From Lingula anatina (Eukaryota; Animalia; Brachiopoda), in assembly GCA_051362555.1 (NCBI GenBank), contig CM120644.1, forward strand, positions 16,328,534 to 16,392,533: DNA of 64,000 bases, given 5' to 3'. The first letter of the stretch is position 1. Each line of letters starts with the position of its first letter. Shown one piece after another: positions 52,910 to 64,000 of the stretch. The translations under genes were made by a program, and so were the position numbers. The notes below the pieces were generated by a model. It worked only from the letters and a program-made list of their open reading frames with translations. It had not been told where the DNA came from and searched no databases.

Positions 52910-55537
52910 TTTTTGTAGAGGGAAGGGGTGGGACAAGAGACTTTTTTGCCCCCCCCCCCCCGACCCCACCCACACCATCTGAACAGACAGTTGCTTGATA
53001 TTACAAGATTTAACGGTATAAATAACAAGAACCATGCCCGACATTTTGTATTGTATGGTTACATGTACTTTATGAGGAGCAGACATTTTATATCAACTTA
53101 AGTTACTGCAAAGGATCTGGCTAAATTATTGTGTACTATACAGCTAGAATAGCACATTTTCTGGCTAAATTATTGTGCACTGTATAGCTAGAACAGCACA
53201 TTTTCTGGCTAAATTATTGTGTACTGCACAGCTAGAACTTTACATTTTCTGGCTAAATTGTTGTGTACCGTACAGTATTAGCGAGACAGAAATCTAGCAG
53301 ATGCTCATCAGTATACTGGCTAGCTTGCTTTATCTGGTAAATGTCTGGTAATTAATTAAAGGCTGGTGGTCTCTTGTTTGGACTATTTGCCAAGTCAATA
53401 GGTTTTCACTGATCTCCTTGACAACAAAAGCCATTCATTAAAATTTCATTGTCATACAGATTATTGGCCATAACTGTTATTATGTGTACTATATTTTCAT
53501 TCAGTTTTTACTTTTACCTTATCATTATTTTGGTACAATTTATACCTTGTTTATTTTATGGTTAATGGAGACATTCCAAATAGCTCTTTAGAGTGCTTTT
53601 ACACATGATTTTTTTTGTTGTTGTTACTGTAACAGCCTTTTACTTTTAGAATTTTTTACTATTCATTAGAGCCTTTATAAAATGTGCATTGGTTAACGAT
53701 ACAAGTATTTAGACCAACAAATGCTGGTCTGTGATAAAAGTTATATAAAATTAATGAATTACAAAACTAGTTACAAAACTTTTATACAGTAAAGTAAAAT
53801 CAGTGATGGCTTCTGTGAGAAAATGCCGTAATACACCACCCCTCCCTCTCTTCTCTTTTTTTAAAAAATAACAATTACTTTCCCATTTACTTGTGCCACA
53901 CCACAAGTATTTAACATATAACTCTTTTTTACACCAAAAGACAAGTTTTATTAGAAAAAATCATTTATGTAATATATATGCTAAAACAAGTTGCTCTGAT
54001 TCATTAGACTGCATAATACAGGTAAATCTGGATACCTCCCCCCCCCACCCCCCACACATATAACTCATATAAAAATTTTTGACGATGGACACTTTGCCAG
54101 TGGTTATCTGCACTCATCCTTTGGTCGAAGGGTGACATTATCCTTAAGGCACTGCGACACTTAAGGTATAGCAATTACGTACGAGAAAATTGCCCACACA
54201 GAAACAATCTCAACGGGGTTCGTTAGACTTACGTCTAATACGTCTTGATTACCCAGGCAAATGTTGGTGTGTGTTTGCATACGCAGAGGGAGTTAAAATG
54301 TTTTGAACATGCTCAAAAACAATTTCACGAGGTGCTTATATGTTCATTTCCATACACCGGAAACAGGCTTCCTTCATACGCTCTTTGTGCGTATGATCGA
54401 TTTCACAAACGATACTGATATTTACCTTTTCATCCTAGGCCCCCGTTTCACAAAGAATCTTGAATCCTTAGTTGAATTGGATGTGTGCATGTGTCTACGA
54501 GAGTGCTGTAACACTACAGTATTCGTAATTCTATGTGTTTGTGTGGATGTGTGTTTGTGTGTTTATGTGTGTGTGACAGAACATTTATCGCGGGTTAACA
54601 ACCAGACGCCAATGGTGCAACTGTAGAGTGAAGACATTTTAATGCGTCTCGCAACAGAGTGTGCCAAAAACGCTCGTGACGTCGGTAACCCCCGCTTCTC
54701 TCATTAGCCCTTGGTGTGATCAAAATGAACAAAAATGACTGTAAATGACTAGGAATCATCGTTTTATTCATCTGAGAAACCAAACAGTGACAATTTTTGA
54801 AACAAAAATGGGATAACTAACACTTTCTTTTGCCTCTCCCAGCCCCCCTTCTCTCTCTCTCTCTCTCTCTCTAAACCCCACCTCTTCCCTGCGAAGAAAA
54901 TTCTAGATATAAGAGTCAAATTTGGTGTATTTTGCAATTCCTCCGTGGTTTTTCATACAGTCACTTTTTCTTTATATGATACAATACAAAAGCTGTCCTT
55001 TCTATCATCTCCAGCAAGGGACTGCTACTCTCCCGTCCTTTTCCACCCGGTACATGTACCTGTCAAGAGACATCTAAGACACAAATTTAGATCGATCCAT
55101 CTGGATCAACCTTACTCCCTGGGGGTTCACGCTACATTGCTGTCAGCTTCCGGGAGCCAAGCGCGCACAAAAGTTAATTACTCCCATTACAGCTTTAAGT
55201 AGGCGGGACAGACATTTAAGCCGGTCAAGCTGACATTAAATTAGTGAGACTCCCCAGGGGGATAGATCGATCTAAATATCTGTGGGAATGGTCTCTAAGA
55301 GCAGCTGCGCTTGAAGCCGTGACAGATTAGTGACGTGTTGCATACATGCTGTGAGTCAGTGTTTTCTCGTCAACAAACACACGCGACCAAACATTCTACT
55401 CAGGTGATCCTTATCTATGATCGTACATATCATGTAGTGCCAAGGTTTATTATATAACATTTCTATAACTATATCATTACATAATATATATTATTACTAT
55501 AACGATCCATGGTTTTGTAAAGTGAAGTGAACAAGGT

Positions 55538-55568
<31 letters not shown>

Positions 55569-58197
55569 TTTTTGTAGAGGGAAGGGGTGGGACAAGAGAC
55601 TTTTTTGCCCCCCCCCCCCCGACCCCACCCACACCATCTGAACAGACAGTTGCTTGATATTACAAGATTTAACGGTATAAATAACAAGAACCATGCCCGA
55701 CATTTTGTATTGTATGGTTACATGTACTTTATGAGGAGCAGACATTTTATATCAACTTAAGTTACTGCAAAGGATCTGGCTAAATTATTGTGTACTATAC
55801 AGCTAGAATAGCACATTTTCTGGCTAAATTATTGTGCACTGTATAGCTAGAACAGCACATTTTCTGGCTAAATTATTGTGTACTGCACAGCTAGAACTTT
55901 ACATTTTCTGGCTAAATTGTTGTGTACCGTACAGTATTAGCGAGACAGAAATCTAGCAGATGCTCATCAGTATACTGGCTAGCTTGCTTTATCTGGTAAA
56001 TGTCTGGTAATTAATTAAAGGCTGGTGGTCTCTTGTTTGGACTATTTGCCAAGTCAATAGGTTTTCACTGATCTCCTTGACAACAAAAGCCATTCATTAA
56101 AATTTCATTGTCATACAGATTATTGGCCATAACTGTTATTATGTGTACTATATTTTCATTCAGTTTTTACTTTTACCTTATCATTATTTTGGTACAATTT
56201 ATACCTTGTTTATTTTATGGTTAATGGAGACATTCCAAATAGCTCTTTAGAGTGCTTTTACACATGATTTTTTTTGTTGTTGTTACTGTAACAGCCTTTT
56301 ACTTTTAGAATTTTTTACTATTCATTAGAGCCTTTATAAAATGTGCATTGGTTAACGATACAAGTATTTAGACCAACAAATGCTGGTCTGTGATAAAAGT
56401 TATATAAAATTAATGAATTACAAAACTAGTTACAAAACTTTTATACAGTAAAGTAAAATCAGTGATGGCTTCTGTGAGAAAATGCCGTAATACACCACCC
56501 CTCCCTCTCTTCTCTTTTTTTTAAAAAATAACAATTACTTTCCCATTTACTTGTGCCACACCACAAGTATTTAACATATAACTCTTTTTTACACCAAAAG
56601 ACAAGTTTTATTAGAAAAAATCATTTATGTAATATATATGCTAAAACAAGTTGCTCTGATTCATTAGACTGCATAATACAGGTAAATCTGGATACCTCCC
56701 CCCCCACCCCCCACACATATAACTCATATAAAAATTTTTGACGATGGACACTTTGCCAGTGGTTATCTGCACTCATCCTTTGGTCGAAGGGTGACATTAT
56801 CCTTAAGGCACTGCGACACTTAAGGTATAGCAATTACGTACGAGAAAATTGCCCACACAGAAACAATCTCAACGGGGTTCGTTAGACTTACGTCTAATAC
56901 GTCTTGATTACCCAGGCAAATGTTGGTGTGTGTTTGAATACGCAGAGGGAGTTAAAATGTTTTGAACATGCTCAAAAACAATTTCACGAGGTGCTTATAT
57001 GTTCATTTCCATACACCGGAAACAGGCTTCCTTCATACGCTCTTTGTGCGTATGATCGATTTCACAAACGATACTGATATTTACCTTTTCATCCTAGGCC
57101 CCCGTTTCACAAAGAATCTTGAATCCTTAGTTGAATTGGATGTGTGCATGTGTCTACGAGAGTGCTGTAACACTATTCGTATTTCTGTGTGTTTGTGTGA
57201 ATGTGCGTTTGTGTGTGTGTGTTTATGTGTGTATGACAGAACATTTATCGCGGGTTAACAACCAGACGCCAATGGTGCAACTGTAGAGTGAAGACATTTT
57301 AATGCGTCTCGCAACAGAGTGTGCCAAAAACGCTCGTGACGTCGGTAACCCCCGCTTCTCTCATTAGCCCTTGGTGTGATCAAAATGAACAAAAATGACT
57401 GTAAATGACTAGGAATCATCGTTTTATTCATCTGAGAAACCAAACAGTGACAATTTTTGAAACAAAAATGGGATAACTAACACTTTCTTTTGCCTCTCCC
57501 AGCCCCCCTTCTCTCTCTCTCTCTCTCTCTCTAAACCCCACCTCTTCCCTGCGAAGAAAATTCTAGATATAAGAGTCAAATTTGGTGTATTTTGCAATTC
57601 CTCCGTGGTTTTTCATACAGTCACTTTTTCTTTATATGATACAATACAAAAGCTGTCCTTTCTATCATCTCCAGCAAGGGACTGCTACTCTCCCGTCCTT
57701 TTCCACCCGGTACATGTACCTGTCAAGAGACATCTAAGACACAAATTTAGATCGATCCATCTGGATCAACCTTACTCCCTGGGGGTTCACGCTACATTGC
57801 TGTCAGCTTCCGGGAGCCAAGCGCGCACAAAAGTTAATTACTCCCATTACAGCTTTAAGTAGGCGGGACAGACATTTAAGCCGGTCAAGCTGACATTAAA
57901 TTAGTGAGACTCCCCAGGGGGATAGATCGATCTAAATATCTGTGGGAATGGTCTCTAAGAGCAGCTGCGCTTGAAGCCGTGACAGATTAGTGACGTGTTG
58001 CATACATGCTGTGAGTCAGTGTTTTCTCGTCAACAAACACACGCGACCAAACATTCTACTCAGGTGATCCTTATCTATGATCGTACATATCATGTAGTGC
58101 CAAGGTTTATTATATAACATTTCTATAACTATATCATTACATAATATATATTATTACTATAACGATCCATGGTTTTGTAAAGTGAAGTGAACAAGGT

Positions 58198-58244
<47 letters not shown>

Positions 58245-58570
58245 TTTTTGTAGAGGGAAGGGGTGGGACAAGAGACTTTTTTGCCCCCCCCCCGACCCCA
58301 CCCACACCATCTGAACAGACAGTTGCTTGATATTACAAGATTTAACGGTATAAATAACAAGAACCATGCCCGACATTTTGTATTGTATGGTTACATGTAC
58401 TTTATGAGGAGCAGACATTTTATATCAACTTAAGTTACTGCAAAGGATCTGGCTAAATTATTGTGTACTATACAGCTAGAATAGCACATTTTCTGGCTAA
58501 ATTATTGTGCACTGTATAGCTAGAACAGCACATTTTCTGGCTAAATTATTGTGTACTGCACAGCTAGAAC
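51448..58570. repeat. Tandem segmental triplication, ~2.66-kb unit (starts ~51448, 54120, 56779; third unit partial)
   Basis: Identical ORF translations recur at 52278/54945/57605. Units differ mainly in microsatellite lengths, apart from the first ~500 bp. Confidence 0.97.
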
Positions 58571-58960
58571 ATCACATTTCTGACTCAATAACTGTGGACT
58601 GTACAGCTAGAACATCACATTTCTGACTAAATTATTGTGTACTGTACAGCTAGAACATCACATTTCTGACTCAATAATTGTGTACTGTACAGCAAGAACA
58701 TCACATTTCTGACTAAATTATTGTGTACTGTACAGCTAGAACATCACATTTGTGAATCAATTATTGTGTATGCACAGCTAGAACATCACATTTCTGACTC
58801 AATTGTGTACTGTACAGATAGAATATCACATTTCTGACTCAATAATTGTGTACTGTACAGCTAGAATATCAGATTTTCTGGCTAAATTATTGTGTACTGT
58901 ACAGCTAGAATTGCACGTTTGAGGTAATATGTAATGTACAGCTAGAACATCATAATTTCT
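58449..58960. repeat. 43-44-bp minisatellite, ~12 copies (3-4 copies at 53117 and ~55776)
   Basis: ctg(g/a)ctaaattattgtgtactgtacagctagaacatcacattt repeated head to tail. Confidence 0.95.
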
Positions 58961-59537
58961 AACGACATTATTGCGTCTCCAATAACAAGGATGACTGCCC
59001 GAACAGTATGGCCAGTGGCCATGGGTCCACTCCTGCTTTAATTGTATGTATATCTAACATGTCAATCAGACAGATAAAATTGAGTATAAACAGACTTCTG
59101 TCCGCAAAACTCAAATAAGAATTATCTAGTGAGACAGCACGTTTGTTTGACTAAAAGAAGTACTCGAGTTTCAAATCCGATGACCTTTAAGTTCTGTTTC
59201 ACCGTAAAATATTTGGCACGAAAATCAGTCTAAAATTTTAGATCAAGATGTGATTCTGCTTTATCCAAAGACAAGCCAATGGTAATCCAATCCCGCCCGT
59301 TTGATAACAAAAAAAGACAACAATGAATCATTTTTTTATTTATTAAGGAGAAACTATGTACTTATCTGGAACTGAGAATATTTCGTTTAAAAGTTCGGAC
59401 CAATTTTCGGGCTAAAGTTTCTTCGTAAAACCATGGCCCAGGGTTTCTGCTTTAAGTGTTCCTCCACGCTGCTCTTCCCCACACATCGCAAACAGTCTCC
59501 GTGTGTAGCATATCATACTTGCACCGTCGGAACCAGA

Positions 59538-61540
59538 ATGGCATCCGCACAAGTTCTCTGTCTTTTTGTTTTTGCATTGGCGTATGGCAGCGTGACATCC
59601 CAAGTTCCTGATGGCATCGGGGCACCTGTTTGCGACTGCACGGACATGACGCTAAGAAACTTGTTGACTGCCGAGACGGAGATCAGAAATAAACTGCAGG
59701 AGAGGGTGGCCGTTCTGGAACATCAGATCCTTTCATTGCAATCTCTAGTAAGTGTCATTTACATTGCAAGCACGTCCATCGATGACGGTCTTTTCAGAGA
59801 GTTCTTGGGGGTTAGTAGGCATCGTTTTGTTGTAAAAATGTTATTTTAAGATTCTTTTCATATCGAACAGTATACTTATATTTAGTGGTCAATTGTACCG
59901 ATACATAAGGATATATTTATTATAATTAAGGGCCATCTGTTTGTATCTGTTATGGTCTCTGACAAGGATTATAACATAAGAAATGATAAGCATGCACATG
60001 CTTCATGCCTTTCGAGTCTGAAAGCAGTCCAACTTGTGAGGCACATTTCAAAGGGCGATTTCCGCGAAACGAAAACGTCGGAAACACATTTAACATGGAA
60101 CAAATTTCCTTTGCCTCATCACACCATGATGCTGGTTCATCAATATATGAACTCCCTGCATACAAATCACATGTAGCTATGGTACTGTTATCTGGTCACG
60201 GGAGCAGCCTTGCGTAACCAGCTAACTGCTTCCCCTCTCTCATGCATCATTTCATCAACACTGGACAGCGTTATCCAATGAATATGGATAATGCTATCCA
60301 TTGCATAAAATTGTTTTTCTCTGGGGATAGCAGCCATTTTCATCCACTGGAAAGCAATTTTAGAAACTAATCTGATGGATTGTGTTATCTAGGGAATAGC
60401 GCCATCAGGTGTTGAAGAAACTGGGCCCTGGTCGAGTCAAAACTGGTCTTAAAATTGCATTTATTAAACATATTAAAGGCAAGTTGTAAAAGGAGCAGTT
60501 TACTAAAAGAGAGCCTCACAACATGATACTGAAAATTTTTGACCATCTTCTTGAAGGCGGTGAAATATGGTGTGGATCCGCTCCAGCGGTATCTTTCGAA
60601 GCCTTAACGTTTGAAAGATTTGATCATTTACTGATCTGCCCATCTATTTACCCATTAATCATTTCAACTATTTATATGAAAGTAAATGTATGCTTTGAAA
60701 AGTTGTTTTCTCATGAAAAATCTGCTCTTTACCCTTACTCCCGTTGGTACCTATCGTTCAAGCTTGCAAGCTCGATCAAATATAATCATTTCCATTATAT
60801 AATTTCTTCACTTGTATTTTTAGAGTGCTCTCACAAAAGGCCAGTACAGCTCGTGTCGCCAAATTCTCAACGAATTTCCCAAAGCCTCAACCGGCACGTA
60901 CACGATCACAACCTCGAAGGTGGGTCTTGTGGACGTCTACTGCGACATGGAAACCAACGGCGGTGGCTACACTTTCCTGCCTGATTCCGCCATCACTTCG
61001 GGTCTAGACGACCAGGATGTGGCGCACCTTGCTGCGGATAGAACGGACGTTCTGCTGAAGATCTTGGTCACCGATGGCTCTCAGCCTTACACAGTGGTGA
61101 AGCAGTTGCCGATGTTTTCAAGCATCCCATTGATGGTCGCCGTTAACAATTACACCGGATATGCCGAGCCCCACAACGTGGCCTATCTTGGGCCATACAT
61201 GTACCTTGGGTTCCTACCCTCCCACGTGGCCTCTCATCCCAACCACCTAGCAACCCAGGGATTCCGCAGCAACGACAAGGATGTCACTTTCACAAGCTGC
61301 AATGGAGATATTAACAGTTATTTTGCGTTCTTTCCAAACAATAAGCAAGCGGCTCCCAAAAATGCCAATTGGCGAGATCCGTCCATGTATCAGGCCTGGC
61401 GATCGTCTGCGCGCCCCTCTCATCGTCTGGTTCCTCTTCAGTATTTCCACTTCACTGAGATGCACTTTGGCGGCTGCGGTATTTATTCCAGCAGTGATAA
61501 GTGGGTAGATGTAAAGGGTGTGGCCATGGGAACCCGCTAA
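59538..61540 (+). CDS. Secreted 308-aa protein: signal peptide, coiled coil, fibrinogen-like N-terminal subdomain plus uncharacterised C-terminal domain. Exons 59538-59747, 60824-61540
   Basis: MASAQVLCLFVFALAYGSVTS signal peptide. Donor CTA|gtaagt (phase 0), acceptor cttgtatttttag|AGT in frame with ORF 60920-61540. Motif SCRQI...STGTYTI...VDVYCDMETNGGGYT is typical of FReD N-termini. Confidence 0.9.
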
Positions 61541-61775
61541 GTCACGTTCAGGCGAGACTACGCGAGAATGATAAGGAATACCCGGAATTATCTTTAGATA
61601 GAAGACGTCTTACCAATTTTTATTCTGATTTAAATGAGAAATTATCTGACTGATATAACTGATGGAAACTTTCATTGATTTTTATTTTTTTACGTTTGAG
61701 ATAATTAATTACAGTAAATAATTAAGTTGTTTTTTATTTGCTTTTTTGGATACGTTACAGCAATCAAGAATTTGG

Positions 61776-61781
61776 AATAAA
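61776..61781 (+). terminator. Candidate polyadenylation signal of the secreted-protein gene
   Basis: AATAAA about 235 nt after the stop codon. Confidence 0.5.
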
Positions 61782-62147
61782 ATGAAATCTGGCGCAATTG
61801 GATGTATTTTATCAATCTCGATTAACACTGTCCACATTTAGATTATTACACGCGCCATTTCTTCAATTCTATTGCCTATGACGAAAGAAAACCAAATTTT
61901 ATTTTTCTAGATACTTGAATTCGCCGTCTTTTCCGGAGCACACAATTTCATTGACGTTTTTCATTCAGTGCTATTTCTTTGCCATCATCAGTACAAGTTT
62001 TGGGGGAGGGCTGGTGCATGGTTGTAGGTTGTAGGTTGAGGGAGACAGTCATGAGCCTAAAAAGCAATGCTGACCAAGTCACAGACACTAAACAAAAAAG
62101 ACATTCCAACAATGAATAAATCCTGTATATAAAACAAACATTCCTTA

Positions 62148-63341
62148 ACTCTCTTTTCACTGGACGGTGTCCTTTGTGCGTCCCTTTTGCGAAACTGGCT
62201 AGGTCGCCGTTACACGCTCAACAGTGCTCGGCCTGTTGTCGGCACATAAAGTATTATTTAATTTTTTACTTTCAAACGGGACCGTAGGGGCCTACTAGGG
62301 GACGCAGAAAGGACACCCTCCAGTGGGGGGGTTAAGTTCGTACAAAGAACGTTCAACCATAGGCGAGGACCCCATAGTCACTGCAAAGTTTTGAACATGT
62401 TCAATACAATCGCACAAAGAACGCGGTGGAGGTTGGCCCCTGCCAGGTCGGTCAAGGGACGCAGAAAGGAGGCACACGCATCGCTTTAGTTGCAGCATGA
62501 ATGTTCAATGACCGGCCAGTGGTCGGCACGTAAAATATTATATTTTTATTCTCAAATGCTAGAGGTCGTGCTAGGGTATCCTTCGACAGAGGCAGAAAAT
62601 CTATGGGTTGCAACAATCACTACCGATTCATTTTTGGTGGTAATTATAGCACAGATATTTTTTTCAAAATGCAGTACTTGTACGCGTTTTTTTTTAATTG
62701 CAGAATTCAGCTGTTGAAAACGAATTGAAGTATTTTATGTTGTGTCAGTAAGTGGCGGACCCACCATTTTCATGGCTTTTTCTACGCCTGCCCTTCTTCT
62801 TATAAGGACAACAATGACCATCTATCTTATTATCAGTGACCTTGCATTACTGTATGTCGAATAAAAAAGAAAGAAGTTCATTCCTAGTTATATATTTTGG
62901 TGGGGGGGGGGTCTTCATTGGGTGACCGGGTTAGAACTGATAAAAATAGTATAAAATAGTATAAAAGAATCAGAATATATCCAAGCACTTCAGGTCGCCC
63001 ACCAGTATCCAAAAGACGCCCAAACAACGCTCATCGGTCTCGCAGGAAGCAGAAAGATTATGGAATTGTCGCCCCTGATCGCCAGTGGTCGCCGATGAAG
63101 GTACAGAGGACGCAACCAAGATGCTCAATGGTTGACGCCGTAGATTGACTAAGGGCCTCAGACAGGTCGCTCGCAGTTTAACAGGGAAATCCAGATTTGG
63201 TAGTTCAAAAGCTGCACAAGGGTCGCAAAAGCATTTAAACGGAGGAACGATTTTCTTGCTTTGGTGACCGTTGAGCGTCCTAACCACCTTTTTGGCCGTA
63301 CAAGGGTCGCACAAAGGACGCCGCCGGGTGTAAAGGGGGCT
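62148..63341. mobile_element. PIF/Harbinger-type non-autonomous element, TSD TTA
   Basis: ~37-bp TIRs (..ttcactggacggtgtcctttgtgcgtccctt / aagggtcgcacaaaggacgccgccgggtgtaaagggggct), TTA on both sides, internal ttttgaacatgttcaa palindrome and ggtcgc repeats. Confidence 0.8.
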
Positions 63342-63565
63342 TTATTGATTGTGATGCCGATGCCGACAGCTTCGTCCGCATTGCACTGTTTAAACGAGCG
63401 AAATGATTTTGGACGGGAGGTTGGCAGTGGCGAATGGAGATTCTCTGGTTAACTGTCTGCCAGTGATTGTGGCGAAAGATGCTTCGTCTGTAGAATGTCC
63501 TTCATCTGTTGCTAGAGTGTAGCCTAAAGCAATTAAAGAAAAAAACGTATATTTGATGATGTCGC

Positions 63566-63728
63566 TGTGGCAGGAATGAAGTCCTAGGAATGGACGTTCT
63601 GGGTCCCATATGATTTGTCTAGGTTAGGGTTAGTTGGGGTATTGGGGTTACAATATGGGATGAATGTCACCTGTACAAATAATGGGAAGCGGTCTACGTT
63701 TCCTAGCGGACTTCCATTCCTGTTACAC
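63566..63728. mobile_element. MITE family M4 with internal GGTTAGGGTTAG; second copy at ~9530-9836
   Basis: ~28-bp TIRs (caggaatgaagtcc..taggaa / ttcctagcggacttccattcctg). Shows the empty site for the M1 insertion at 9640. Confidence 0.8.
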
Positions 63729-63843
63729 CTGACCTATTTGAAGTTACACCATACCCTCGAACCCTCGAGCGATACATGAGTTGTGGATATGTGTTACTAC
63801 TTTCAGATGTTGGTGAAAGTGGAGCCCCTTTTTCGTTTCAGCT

Positions 63844-63975
<132 letters not shown>

Positions 63976-64000
63976 GGGGAGTTATTAATTGCATACAATT

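Noticed and set aside
51631-57862. Triplicated ORFs (85-109 aa) as a gene family
   Set aside because: Non-ATG starts, overlap MITE and microsatellite sequence, frameshift between copies; identity just reflects the recent duplication.
51448-58570. HX-Y-HX array as an LTR/TRIM retroelement
   Set aside because: No TG...CA ends, primer-binding site, polypurine tract or TSD recognised; the unit is a mosaic of MITE and minisatellite DNA.
58449-58960. 43-44-bp repeats as a CRISPR array
   Set aside because: Head-to-tail units without unique spacers, no cas genes, eukaryotic context.
59433-59537. Upstream ATG 59433 as start of the secreted protein
   Set aside because: It would put 35 polar residues before a clear signal peptide starting at ATG 59538.
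59538-61540. Calling the gene ficolin, tenascin-like FREP or intelectin
   Set aside because: No collagen, Ig or EGF regions, and similarity stops after the CDM..GGG.T motif.
63623-63635. GGTTAGGGTTAG as telomeric DNA (also at ~9559)
   Set aside because: Only two units, internal to a TIR-bounded MITE.

Overview
AT-rich (roughly one-third GC by eye), repeat-dense animal genomic DNA with spliceosomal introns. The MITE/HINE/LINE content suggests a marine invertebrate, possibly a mollusc or other lophotrochozoan (inference). Most ORFs in the track are spurious. Two spliced genes can be built by hand. (1) A minus-strand gene (coding exons 26716-26588, 15891-15717, 8388-7148; about 514 aa). It has an N-terminal LxxLL box, a coiled coil that aligns without gaps to the CLOCK exon-19 region, and a long SP/Q-rich disordered tail, but no bHLH or PAS domain. 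A second, alternative N-terminus and an E-box/CCAAT/ZNF143-motif promoter are also visible. This candidate 'CLOCK-exon-19-only' regulator is the most interesting item. (2) A plus-strand two-exon secreted protein (59538-59747, 60824-61540; 308 aa): signal peptide, coiled coil, the N-terminal part of a fibrinogen-like domain, then an unrecognised C-terminal domain. A near-identical ~2.66-kb tandem triplication lies just upstream of it. The rest holds many MITEs (several with 5-bp TSDs), Helentron-like elements, Tc1 and LINE remnants, an old ~4-kb duplication with exon-like signatures, and a short array of tRNA-like units. All homology calls are from motif recognition and memory, not database searches.
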